From an uncultured virus (IMG/VR IMGVR_UViG_3300009157_000004) (lineage: Duplodnaviria > Heunggongvirae > Uroviricota > Caudoviricetes): a DNA stretch of 64,000 nt. The notes under the pieces are model-generated. The model was not told the origin of the DNA. It searched no databases and worked only from the letters and a program-made list of their open reading frames with translations. How positions within the stretch are numbered: position 1 is the first letter of the stretch; each line of letters begins with the position of its first letter. Of the stretch, positions 1-9,587 are shown one piece after another. The stretch lies in the IMG/VR virus record IMGVR_UViG_3300009157_000004; one strand, 5' to 3'. Both the position numbers and the translations under genes were made by a program.

Positions 1-177
1 AGACCTCGGATGTTGGATGCCGAAACGAAACATCAAGTATACGGTGTAGAGATGGCAGAAAAGCATTACAAAGATGTTGTCTATTATCGTCAGCGTCAAG
101 GTGGAGAGGGATGGTTTCATGGGCGTATCTCTCGCAAGTACAAGACTAATTATGATACGATAAAGTGGAATAAATAA
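1..177 (+). CDS. 3' end of a truncated hypothetical protein
   Basis: Frame 1 open from window start to TAA at 175-177 (...GRISRKYKTNYDTIKWNK*); translated by hand, not in ORF track. Confidence 0.6.
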   Translation, partial: RPRMLDAETKHQVYGVEMAEKHYKDVVYYRQRQGGEGWFHGRISRKYKTNYDTIKWNK

Positions 178-193
178 TCTAAGCAGGAGGAAT

Positions 194-358
194 ATGAGTA
201 ACTCAGACTGGAAGCCGGGCCAGGTGAGCCGAGATTATCGTAGCAATTACGATAAGATATTCAAACCAAAGAAATCCAAAGAGCGATGTAAGTGCGAACC
301 AGGCTGCTGCGAAGACAGCTGCGATTGTGGGGAGGACTGCAAATGTACCAAGGAATAA
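194..358 (+). CDS. 54-aa protein with metallothionein-like Cys-rich C-terminus
   Basis: AGGAGG RBS then MSNSDWKPGQVSRDYRSNYDKIFKPKKSKERCKCEPGCCEDSCDCGEDCKCTKE*; below ORF-track cutoff. Confidence 0.7.
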   Translation: MSNSDWKPGQVSRDYRSNYDKIFKPKKSKERCKCEPGCCEDSCDCGEDCKCTKE

Positions 359-822
359 CCCCCTCAGTCCCCCCTGATTTTATTCGTAAACTCAAGAACA
401 TAGACCCTGGATTAGATTGCGAGTTCTCACGCGAGCATGAGCGATTCGTAATCACACAGCAGGGCAAGATCTCAGGTAAGGTTGTCGTGGGTCTGGTCAA
501 AGGCGATGACGGAGGCGGCTACCGCTATCCCGATGACAGGGATATCAAATTCCTCCACCGGGCGGACATGCACCGCAACGGCCAGGAAGTGAAAGACCGG
601 ATTAATAATGGCGAAGAGTATATGATGAGGGTGCGCGAACAGGACAAGATATCATTCCGGGAAGATATTAAGCACCAGACCAAGCTCGACAGTCACCAGC
701 TTAAAAAGGCCTATGCGGATACGTTCAATCTGGGCAAATATAATTCGAAGTATCGCAGGGTCGAACCGAAAACAAAGGGGTACAAAGTAACAGACAGACG
801 AAAACTCTCAACATCCGGATGA
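343..822 (+). CDS. hypothetical protein (head-associated region)
   Basis: ORF 292..822; GGAGG at 331-335 favours ATG 343 (MYQGITP...). Confidence 0.7.
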   Translation: MYQGITPSVPPDFIRKLKNIDPGLDCEFSREHERFVITQQGKISGKVVVGLVKGDDGGGYRYPDDRDIKFLHRADMHRNGQEVKDRINNGEEYMMRVREQDKISFREDIKHQTKLDSHQLKKAYADTFNLGKYNSKYRRVEPKTKGYKVTDRRKLSTSG

Positions 823-904
823 TTATCGGATGATTATTAACCTATTTTCCTAAATGACTGTGTTTTCCTGAATAGGAAATCAGCATTTAACGGGGAGACA
901 ACAC

Positions 905-1621
905 ATGGCAATCGTAGCTAATTTTACACCTGATGACGTAACCTGGACACATATTGGCAATTCTGCCACACTCAAATCCGGGGGTAGGCTGGAATGCAAC
1001 GACGGGCGCGCGAATTTCATTCTTAACAAGTATGGTCCGAGAGGGCTCGTCAAATTAGAGTTCTCTGAAGATCCGGATTATCTGGTCAAGCTGAAGGCCG
1101 AGGCGAAACGGCGTTATGTCGAATTCTGGCGCAGGCAGATTTACAGCTTCAACCAGTTTAACGAAACACTCAAAAACGAGAACAAGCCTTATACGCACCC
1201 GGACGATATGATGACACAGAAGGCACAGGAGTTGGGGATCAACCTCGTCGGGCCATGGAAGACTGAGAACACGAGCAATGATGTCGCGCTCAAAGCAGCC
1301 CTGGATAACAATGCCGCACTTCAGGTTCAGCTCAATAAGCTCATGGAAGCGGTGGGCAAACTCCAGGACCGGCAATCAGATGTAGAGGATCGCAGCGTAG
1401 GCGTGCCCGAGATTGATTGGAACAAAGTCAAGAACAGTTTCTTCTTCCTCAACCGGAAGGATCTGAAGAGTTACTTTTACAAACATTTCGAAATGATGAA
1501 GTCCTGGCCTGTGGATCTCAAAGACGAATTCGCCAAGAAGTACGAGAAGGCGACAGGTAAAGCGCTCAATTTTGATAATGCTCCCGAGGAGCCCAAAGAG
1601 TCAGGCAAAGATGAGGAATAA
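905..1621 (+). CDS. hypothetical protein
   Basis: 238-aa ORF, GGGGAG RBS, stop overlaps next start. Confidence 0.75.
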   Translation: MAIVANFTPDDVTWTHIGNSATLKSGGRLECNDGRANFILNKYGPRGLVKLEFSEDPDYLVKLKAEAKRRYVEFWRRQIYSFNQFNETLKNENKPYTHPDDMMTQKAQELGINLVGPWKTENTSNDVALKAALDNNAALQVQLNKLMEAVGKLQDRQSDVEDRSVGVPEIDWNKVKNSFFFLNRKDLKSYFYKHFEMMKSWPVDLKDEFAKKYEKATGKALNFDNAPEEPKESGKDEE

Positions 1622-2517
1622 TGAGTACATATTTGAACTGCCACGAGCTCCTTGCAGCGGTGAGACAGGGCCTTAACGAATACTCGACTGCCCGTCTCCA
1701 AGCCACCTCAACCAGCGGGGCGTATCTGAATGACTACCTTGTTCGCAAGATCAATGCCGCCCAAAGACAGCTCCACGCCCTGCTGTTCCGTTACATGAAA
1801 GATGACTTTCTCACCGCACCCACAGATATAACAGTAACCAGTTCAGTGATCACCTTGCCGGCAGATTTCTATATCTTAAACGAGCTTAGAGATCAGGATG
1901 GCTATAAGGTGTTTAAATCCGAGGCCCGGGATCTTCCGGTCAATAGTGGCTCCGGGGTAGAGAACTTATACTATCGGCGCGGACGGACATTCAGACTTAA
2001 TAAGAGCGGGATTACCGATACTTACAAGATCTCGTATTATTCACAGCCTCGCGAACTCACTCAGGGTGTCGCTGCCGGGACGAATACTCTTGCATCTTCA
2101 GCCAAGGCAATCGCTGACTATTATAATAACATGACACTCGAAGTCGCGAATGATGGCAGCGTGTTTACGATTTCAGATTACACTGCGGCCAGAGTCGTTA
2201 CCCCCTCTACAGGATCTCTCACCAATGCGTATTATTACGGCCTTGTCTCAGATCTTCCTGAGAACTTCCACCATCTGATCGCGCCTCGGGCAATCCAGCT
2301 TGTTAACCTCGAATTCCCAGTCGCGCAGGGGGCGCTGGTTAATGCCTCGCTCGCGCAGGTATATCTGACTGAGTGGAAAGACATGGTGGCTGATGAGCTG
2401 ATTGCGTATACCGGTAATGACGTGGATATAGACATTGAGGATATATTCGGGGATTATCAGTCTTCCGGACCTTCTCGCGGGGTTAACGTTCCCGGGCAAG
2501 GATACATGTTCAAATGA
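1621..2517 (+). CDS. putative head-tail adaptor / tail tubular protein A-like
   Basis: 298 aa; 'INAAQRQL', 'LPADF', 'LPENFHHLI' pattern typical of podoviral adaptors; lies ahead of nozzle-sized gene. Confidence 0.55.
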   Translation: MSTYLNCHELLAAVRQGLNEYSTARLQATSTSGAYLNDYLVRKINAAQRQLHALLFRYMKDDFLTAPTDITVTSSVITLPADFYILNELRDQDGYKVFKSEARDLPVNSGSGVENLYYRRGRTFRLNKSGITDTYKISYYSQPRELTQGVAAGTNTLASSAKAIADYYNNMTLEVANDGSVFTISDYTAARVVTPSTGSLTNAYYYGLVSDLPENFHHLIAPRAIQLVNLEFPVAQGALVNASLAQVYLTEWKDMVADELIAYTGNDVDIDIEDIFGDYQSSGPSRGVNVPGQGYMFK

Positions 2518-5000
2518 GCTTAACTAAATATTCCGATATGAAGGGTGTTCCTCTGCGCGGGGGAATGGTGACATCGAGAGACGCGGCGCAACTTGAGAGC
2601 GGGTCGTTTTCGGCTGTGGTTAATCTGCGGCCCAAGCACCCCGGATTTGAGAAGAGGCCTGGCCAGCGCGTATTGCACACGAGCGCAGATTCTACAAATC
2701 AGGTAATGAGTCTCTACCAGCTGGTTAAAAATCAGATCTCAGAGTCAGCTGTATTCGCGCAGATGTCAGATGGGGATATCCTCAAAGCGGCGGCGTCTCC
2801 CCCGACTGTGACAACCGGTGCATTTGGGGACGAGATCTTCAGTGGCAACGCTTCACCTAAGCCTGCATCCTGGGCGCACGTGAATGATATCCTGGCTATC
2901 TCGACTGGAGTTGATCAACATAAACTCTATGCCGGGTCTACTAATTATGTAAAGAAGTTCATAGTTTACAGCTCAGACGCGACGGCGCGCTCGATCCCGG
3001 TTACAGGCGTGGATAATACTGAAGAGGTTATTGACGGACTGTCCACTACTGTCTCGCTGGCAGGGATAGGTGCCGATGCCGACAATGCACTTTATATCTG
3101 TACCCCAATACCTGCGAATAAGATTACGTTCACAGTTACAGCTGCGAATACGACCACAGCAACGGCTACACTTAAATATCGCAAGAGTGACAATACCTGG
3201 GCCAGTGCCAGCGCGACAGACGGAACTGCATCTGGGGGTAAGACTCTGGCTGTAACCGGTTCGTTTACCTGGACTTTCCCCGCAGACGAGATTCCCTGGA
3301 TGATGTATGGGACCAGCGGATACTGGTATCAGATTACATTCGGTGCTGGCGATCTTGCAGTCGTGACTGTTTCCGCAGTGACTTACGGCACAGACGGAAC
3401 TGGATCAGGGACACGCACCTCAGTTGCCAGTCTCGAGAATGTCTGGGACGGAATAATGGTTGATGCCATCGAAGCCCGGGTAGGCAAAGATTACAGCACG
3501 ACTGGCAGTTATGCGACCTATTACACCTATGGCTCCTCCGCTGTTTCTCTGGGCGACATTGCGCTTGACGAGAACGATGCGATATTCATCAGTTCGTTTG
3601 ACCCGATTATGGGTATCTATGTCGATGTCGGGGATACTCCGAATACTGATACGACTTCCGCCGCAGCGCTCACGAGCATATCTTATTGGGATGGTAACGC
3701 GTGGCAGGCGTTTAGCAGTGTGGTAGATTATACCGTCGCTGATGCCAATGCGCTTACCTTCGCTCAGTCCGGCTGGATCTTATTCCCTAAGAACACTGCG
3801 GATAAACCTCAGATGTTAGGCAGTACCGAATACTATGCACACTGGTATAAGATTATTCTGGATGATGCGATTACTACCGATGTTGTCGCGGCGTTCTATA
3901 CGATGCCCTGGTTCAAAGCCTCTGAGATGGGATACGGGGTCAGCTGCTGCTCCTGGGGCAACAGGATGTGTTATGCCTCGAATCGCTGGGGGCAATATAT
4001 CTATGTTACCAAACTCGACACTGTGAATGTTCTAAATGGCGCAGATTATTCGGTACTTGAAGCTGGTGATGGCCGAACGAATCAGATCCTCGCAATGGAG
4101 AGATTCTATAACGAGTTAATCGCATGGCAGGAAGAGAAGGGTATCGAAGGCGGCTGCACAACGCTGTTCGAAGGGTATAATCCGTCTACGTATGGGAAGC
4201 TCGTCTTGTCATCTAAGATAGGGATTATTAATGCGAAATGTCGCACCCTGGTCGAAGGTGTGCTCACGAGTACAGCTACGGATGAGACGCTTAAGACTCT
4301 CTGTTTCTGGGTCAGCCGTTACGGGGTCTGCGTTACAGATGGACGCACGGTGTCGATAATCAGTGACGCAATTCAGAACTATTTTGATCCGACCAAGACT
4401 GAGTGTATCCGCAAAGGATACGAGAATCAGCACTGGATGGCCTACGATTCTGCGTTTAATATTCTCCGTATTGGTATCGTCAGCGGGGCGTCCGCAACCG
4501 TCCCCAATAAGTTCTTCTGTTTTGATCTCGTCGATAAATGCTGGTACGAGGATACTCTTGGCCAGGCGCTCTCGTGCGCGACCGACGTGGAAGCTGGATC
4601 GGGAAACGCTGCGGTGCTTCAGATCGGAGGCGGAACTGCCGATGGAACTGTATACCAACTCAATTACGGAACAAATGACATCTCTACTGCCGTTGCCTCC
4701 TACCTCGATATTGAGTTTCAGTACGGAGGAATTTATCTCGTATTGCTGGCTCTCTTATTGCGCTGTAAGGTACAGACTGCCGGAGATGTTACCCTTACCG
4801 TATATGCCAATAAGGTCTCGCAATTCTCGGAGACGCTTTCAATGCTTGCGGAAGACACGAGCGAGGTAGTGCGCCGGAATATGCTGACAATGAATGTTAT
4901 TAACCATGCGCTCTCACTCCGGCTTGCGCACTCAACTGCGAGTCAGTCGATGACGCTCTATGAACTCGGAGTCACAATAGGCTTATGGAACGGAAGATAA
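2514..5000 (+). CDS. putative tail nozzle / tail tubular protein B-like (DNA stabilisation protein)
   Basis: 828 aa, beta-rich; N-terminal 'GGMVT...N...KRPG' pattern; synteny after adaptor. Confidence 0.6.
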   Translation: MSLTKYSDMKGVPLRGGMVTSRDAAQLESGSFSAVVNLRPKHPGFEKRPGQRVLHTSADSTNQVMSLYQLVKNQISESAVFAQMSDGDILKAAASPPTVTTGAFGDEIFSGNASPKPASWAHVNDILAISTGVDQHKLYAGSTNYVKKFIVYSSDATARSIPVTGVDNTEEVIDGLSTTVSLAGIGADADNALYICTPIPANKITFTVTAANTTTATATLKYRKSDNTWASASATDGTASGGKTLAVTGSFTWTFPADEIPWMMYGTSGYWYQITFGAGDLAVVTVSAVTYGTDGTGSGTRTSVASLENVWDGIMVDAIEARVGKDYSTTGSYATYYTYGSSAVSLGDIALDENDAIFISSFDPIMGIYVDVGDTPNTDTTSAAALTSISYWDGNAWQAFSSVVDYTVADANALTFAQSGWILFPKNTADKPQMLGSTEYYAHWYKIILDDAITTDVVAAFYTMPWFKASEMGYGVSCCSWGNRMCYASNRWGQYIYVTKLDTVNVLNGADYSVLEAGDGRTNQILAMERFYNELIAWQEEKGIEGGCTTLFEGYNPSTYGKLVLSSKIGIINAKCRTLVEGVLTSTATDETLKTLCFWVSRYGVCVTDGRTVSIISDAIQNYFDPTKTECIRKGYENQHWMAYDSAFNILRIGIVSGASATVPNKFFCFDLVDKCWYEDTLGQALSCATDVEAGSGNAAVLQIGGGTADGTVYQLNYGTNDISTAVASYLDIEFQYGGIYLVLLALLLRCKVQTAGDVTLTVYANKVSQFSETLSMLAEDTSEVVRRNMLTMNVINHALSLRLAHSTASQSMTLYELGVTIGLWNGR

Positions 5001-5182
5001 AGTCATTCAAAAGTACGGGCAAATGGACCCATCAATTTGGTAAGCCACGGAAATTACTGGATGAAAAAGGCCAGGAAATCGTAGCAAAATTAGTTCCAAA
5101 TGCTTTCTGGCAACCACCTAAACGCGGCATCGAGGATTTCAGTGAGTTTCTTAACGCAAGGAAGGCCGACAGTAAAAAATAA
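4985..5182 (+). CDS. small basic hypothetical protein
   Basis: 65-aa ORF overlapping end of previous gene and start of next. Confidence 0.45.
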   Translation: MERKIKSFKSTGKWTHQFGKPRKLLDEKGQEIVAKLVPNAFWQPPKRGIEDFSEFLNARKADSKK

Positions 5183-7478
5183 GACTTATGGCCGAAAACC
5201 GTACATCAAGGGAGATATAGGCGACTATACCGAACAGATGGGCACGGTTACGCGTAAGGCTATCGAAGACCAGCAGGAGATGCCGCGGAGTAACTTCGAT
5301 AAGCCGTATAACTCGATTGACTACCCGAACCAGGAGTATATCCAGCCGCCTGATTTTAATCCTGTGTTTCCGAATATCGATCCGTTTAAGCCTGACAAAC
5401 CCTCTTCTGATCCGATTACTTATCCGGGGGCAGAGACACCCTGCTGCGACCTTAAGTTTAAATTACCGTTTGAATGCTGTGATTCTCCGGCCCACCCTAA
5501 GCGCGAATGGGTTTATACATATGGAATAGGTCTCTCTGCATTCAATCAACTCTGCTCTACTAAATTACTGCCGGAACAGACGCGTGGGATTGAAGAGCGT
5601 TTTCTCAGATCTATCAATGTGTTCGTTAATGGATTGCGTTACAACCGGGTGCAGTATAGACCAGATGTCGATCCGATTTACCCAGTGCGAGTATATCCTC
5701 CTGAAGATCCTAATTCGCCGGGATGTTTTACCTGGAGAGATGGGGATAAGGTACACGCTCAACTTAACGGTCCTGGTAAAGGGAATGTGCTTTGCGAAGG
5801 GCCTGTATTCAGATCCAAGAGCCAGGTAGCATGTGGTTCTTGGGCAGATTCCCAATGTTGTACCTGTGATTGTGAAGCGGCAGAACAATTTCTGTTCGAT
5901 GACGCGAATACCTCGGATACTATAGTAACAGGTAGTAATATTGAGGTGTATGTTATTGGGGGTTGTCCACCTTTTGTGTTCAAAACCTCTTCAACGGGGT
6001 ATGATTTCGAAGGGATAGCAGGAAATCCGGGATACGAATCTCTGGAAGATCGACACGCTACACTTAACTGTGCAAACACTCCTTGTGAGGAAGGTACGGC
6101 TATAAACTGTGCGTTCACCGTGACTGACGCCTGCGCGACCGTAGTAAGCGGGGTTATACGGAATACCGAGGGGGCATGGAAGGCTCTGGATTGGGATTAT
6201 AATAACGTAGATATGGGGTCAACCCCTCCTACAGAACCAGGTGATACAGGTACTGGCGGCTATTCTCGCAATCTGGGGACACATTTGGGGACAGACGGGT
6301 ATCTATATGAAATGTTCTATGCACTCAGCTATTTTGGTCCGGTACAGGACATTGATCCTCAGTGCCCGGATTCGATAACAACTCTCGACGCGGCTTGTGA
6401 AGCGGGTTATTACTGCTGGCTTTTTGATAATTGGGATGAGGATTATTGTAGCGGTGGGGCCTGGCAGCAGTCTTTTCCCTGCGTAACCGCCTATCTTACA
6501 TGGTATAATCTTGTAAACGCAAACGACAATTATTTTAGCGTTGTTGCGGATAGTGCTTATCTCTGGTCGAGTATGTACTGTTGGAGAGGGGTCATAGATG
6601 ATCTGACAGGGGCAACGATGTGGAGGATAACGTCCGATGCGCTGAGAGCTGCTAATAAAAGCTATAGAATTACTGCAATGCGAAAATGGGAATGGTGGTG
6701 TGCGGCAGCGGGTAGTTCGAGCCCGAGTGCGAGTGCCAGTTCCAGCCCTAGCACAAGCCCAAGCTCCAGCCCCAGTTCGAGCCCCAGTGGGAGCAGCTCC
6801 TCCTCTCCTGAGACCTCCTATGTGGGGTCCGTGGTGAATGACGATGCCTCCAATGTAATCTGGGTTTTACCTCTGACTGGCCTGGCTGCCGATGATCTCA
6901 TGTTCACGCTGCTCTGTGTGTATAAGACTTCAGCCGCGACGATTACACCTCCGACTGGTTGGACTCTGGATGGGAGCTATACAGATAACAACGATAAGTA
7001 TTATCTATATCACAGAATAGCTACTGTAGCTGATACGGGTAAGACGGGAGAAGGAGAAGACCCGGACAATTTTTACGTATGGTCTTCTGATGCGACCAAG
7101 ATCTCAGCAACGATTGTAGCATTCAGAGATGGATTCAATACTGCTGATCCGGTAGATGCTGTTTCAAATACGGCTTATACTACAACCAATACGACTCTAA
7201 GAGCAGCAGCAATGAGCGTTACAGATGCTGGGTCTACTCTCATCTTCTTCGGGGCGGATTATGAAACAACCACAGCTATAACCTCGACAGTCCCGGCAAC
7301 GCAGGACAATGACTGGGTGGAGGATTATGATGCTGGCGCTGCCTCATCGGATTTTTACAGACACATTTATCACTGTAACTGGTCGGGGGAGGATAGCACA
7401 GGGGTAATTGATGCTACTCTGTCAGCTAACCAAGCGACTAAACATGCTTTTGCGGTTGCACTGAATAGAGAGGTTTAA
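5100..7478 (+). CDS. Cys-rich tail-associated protein with Ser/Pro linker and C-terminal beta domain
   Basis: 792-aa ORF (start uncertain); many Cys in N-terminal two thirds; SSSPSASASSSPSTSPSSSPSSSPSGSSSSSP linker; adhesin-like C-terminus. Confidence 0.6.
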   Translation: MLSGNHLNAASRISVSFLTQGRPTVKNKTYGRKPYIKGDIGDYTEQMGTVTRKAIEDQQEMPRSNFDKPYNSIDYPNQEYIQPPDFNPVFPNIDPFKPDKPSSDPITYPGAETPCCDLKFKLPFECCDSPAHPKREWVYTYGIGLSAFNQLCSTKLLPEQTRGIEERFLRSINVFVNGLRYNRVQYRPDVDPIYPVRVYPPEDPNSPGCFTWRDGDKVHAQLNGPGKGNVLCEGPVFRSKSQVACGSWADSQCCTCDCEAAEQFLFDDANTSDTIVTGSNIEVYVIGGCPPFVFKTSSTGYDFEGIAGNPGYESLEDRHATLNCANTPCEEGTAINCAFTVTDACATVVSGVIRNTEGAWKALDWDYNNVDMGSTPPTEPGDTGTGGYSRNLGTHLGTDGYLYEMFYALSYFGPVQDIDPQCPDSITTLDAACEAGYYCWLFDNWDEDYCSGGAWQQSFPCVTAYLTWYNLVNANDNYFSVVADSAYLWSSMYCWRGVIDDLTGATMWRITSDALRAANKSYRITAMRKWEWWCAAAGSSSPSASASSSPSTSPSSSPSSSPSGSSSSSPETSYVGSVVNDDASNVIWVLPLTGLAADDLMFTLLCVYKTSAATITPPTGWTLDGSYTDNNDKYYLYHRIATVADTGKTGEGEDPDNFYVWSSDATKISATIVAFRDGFNTADPVDAVSNTAYTTTNTTLRAAAMSVTDAGSTLIFFGADYETTTAITSTVPATQDNDWVEDYDAGAASSDFYRHIYHCNWSGEDSTGVIDATLSANQATKHAFAVALNREV
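6714..6809 (+). repeat. low-complexity Ser-Pro repeat (SSSP-like units)
   Basis: imperfect 12-bp units such as agttcgagccc / agctccagccc. Confidence 0.8.
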
Positions 7479-7479
7479 A

Positions 7480-8826
7480 ATGTCAGAACTGAGTATTTTA
7501 ATACCAGCCAGGAATGAGATCTTCTTACAGAAAACTGTAGAAAGTATCCTGGATAATATGAGAGGCGATACTGAGATAGTAGTTATCGGAGATGGGTATG
7601 TTCCGGATCTCAATATAGACAACCCTCGGATAAAGTACATTTTTAACGACCAGTCTATCGGCCAGCGCGCGAGTGTTAATAAGGCAGCCAGGATGATCGA
7701 TTCTCGTTATATGATGAAACTTGATGCGCATTGTTCGGTAGACGCAGGGTTCGATGTCAAGCTTATGAAAGACTGCGAACCAGATTGGACAGTAATTCCT
7801 CGTATGTATAATCTTCACGCGTTTGACTGGGAGTGCACCAAATGCGGCAATCGGATATACCAGGATGCAGCACACGATCTCTGCGCCGAATGCGGAAACC
7901 CCTCTTTTGAGCAAAAGCTGGTTTGGCTGCCCCGTTGGAAACGCAGGACAGACTATACGTATTTTGATAGAACTCTTAAGTTCAAATATTGGTATCATTT
8001 TGACAAGAGACCGAATAAAACTACAGAGCAGATATCCGATGTTATGGGAAATCTTGGGGCCTGCTGGCTAATGCGCCTGGATCGGTTTAGAGAGCTTGAA
8101 GGACTGGACGAGAAACACGGTTCCTGGGGCCAGGTTGGGGTAGAGATAAGCTGCAAGAGTTGGCTATCAGGTGGTAGGCAGGTAGTAAATAAGAATACAT
8201 GGTTTGCCCATCTATTCCGTACTACACCTAGTTTCGGTTTCCCTTATGATTTATTGGCTAAAGATCAGGAAAAGGCTAGAGTCTATTCGCGCGATCTGTG
8301 GCTGAACGATAAATGGGAGAAGCAGAAATATCCTCTCAGCTGGCTGGTAGACAAGTTCAGCCCTGTCCCGACTTGGGACCAATTAGCAACTGAGATTATC
8401 CGTGAGCCCAAATCCATCGAGAAGCTGATTCAGGCCTGGAGCCCCAAGATGCTTCAGGAAGCGCTGAACATCTCGAAACAGCTGACTAATTATGGGCGGA
8501 GTTTCAAGGATCTCGAGAAGTACGTAGAAAAGACGCGAGGGCAGATACGCAGGCAGCCGGAAGTAGAAGAGAAGCCCAAGTCGCTGAAGGATGTCCTGAA
8601 AGAAAAGAAAGCGAGTGGGCAGATAAGCTCTAAACTAAGCAGGCCCAAAGAGGTTAAAAGACTGTGTCCGGTGTGCGGCCAACCCCAGAATTTAATCGCT
8701 CTCGAACTTGGGGATAAGTTTAAGAGTATGTGGGAAGGGTGTCAGACTTGCGGGGGCCGGATTCCATGCGGTCATATTGAATACCACACTGAGACTAAAG
8801 AAGAAATAATCGATAAGATGTTCTAA
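7480..8826 (+). CDS. GT-A fold glycosyltransferase resembling polypeptide GalNAc-transferases (GT27), with CxxC inserts
   Basis: LSILIPARNE start, LDAHC (DxH) motif, WGQVGVEISCKSWLSGG...HLFR motif. Confidence 0.8.
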   Translation: MSELSILIPARNEIFLQKTVESILDNMRGDTEIVVIGDGYVPDLNIDNPRIKYIFNDQSIGQRASVNKAARMIDSRYMMKLDAHCSVDAGFDVKLMKDCEPDWTVIPRMYNLHAFDWECTKCGNRIYQDAAHDLCAECGNPSFEQKLVWLPRWKRRTDYTYFDRTLKFKYWYHFDKRPNKTTEQISDVMGNLGACWLMRLDRFRELEGLDEKHGSWGQVGVEISCKSWLSGGRQVVNKNTWFAHLFRTTPSFGFPYDLLAKDQEKARVYSRDLWLNDKWEKQKYPLSWLVDKFSPVPTWDQLATEIIREPKSIEKLIQAWSPKMLQEALNISKQLTNYGRSFKDLEKYVEKTRGQIRRQPEVEEKPKSLKDVLKEKKASGQISSKLSRPKEVKRLCPVCGQPQNLIALELGDKFKSMWEGCQTCGGRIPCGHIEYHTETKEEIIDKMF

Positions 8827-8837
8827 GGAGTTTAATT

Positions 8838-9575
8838 ATGGCTTACGGAATGCTGACGAAATCAAATACAGAAGATGATACCGAGGACGTGGCTGCATCG
8901 GAGAGTGGGGTTTATTACGTACCTCCTACTGAGAAGGCTACAACTGCGATACCTACGACTACTGACCCTCTGGCAGATAATTACACATATCAGCTCTGGA
9001 AGGGGACGTCTTCTGGAGGGTCTTCCGGGGCATCGACTGCGGCGACCCCGACTGGGCAGACTACAGTCTCCGGGACTAAGTATTCCGGGACAGCACCCAC
9101 GCTGGGGGATATTCCTGATTACAAAGCACCTGAAGAGTGGTCTGGCGAGAAAATGGCAGGGGAGGTTCAGAAAAAGTCTGCATTGGGGTTAAGACAGGCC
9201 CGGCAGATGCTCCGGGAAGCTACTGCTGGACTAGGCACTGACCCTGCTGGTAGACTTGCACTCAAGAACGCACTCGCACAGCACGGGATTAATATCCAGG
9301 GCACAATGGCCCAGGCTGAAGCAGCAGCAGAAACATCTGAGGCGAACGAGTTGGCCCGTAAAACTAACGAGGCGCAGGTTAAGTACCAAGCCGAAACCAC
9401 GTATCTATATCAGACTTATCAAGCTGCCTGGAATAAATACATCTCGACAGGCGAACAGTACAGCACGACCAAACAGGATTATGCGGATGGCACAGACGCG
9501 AGTGGTACGTCTACGAAGAGTTATTTTAAAACACTGGGGTACAGCTCCGAAGATCTTGAAGGTGCGGTTGCATAA
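8838..9575 (+). CDS. putative internal virion / ejection protein
   Basis: 245 aa, Ala/Thr/Gln-rich helical; first of three genes of increasing size. Confidence 0.5.
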   Translation: MAYGMLTKSNTEDDTEDVAASESGVYYVPPTEKATTAIPTTTDPLADNYTYQLWKGTSSGGSSGASTAATPTGQTTVSGTKYSGTAPTLGDIPDYKAPEEWSGEKMAGEVQKKSALGLRQARQMLREATAGLGTDPAGRLALKNALAQHGINIQGTMAQAEAAAETSEANELARKTNEAQVKYQAETTYLYQTYQAAWNKYISTGEQYSTTKQDYADGTDASGTSTKSYFKTLGYSSEDLEGAVA

Positions 9576-9587
9576 AGGAGAAATAAT

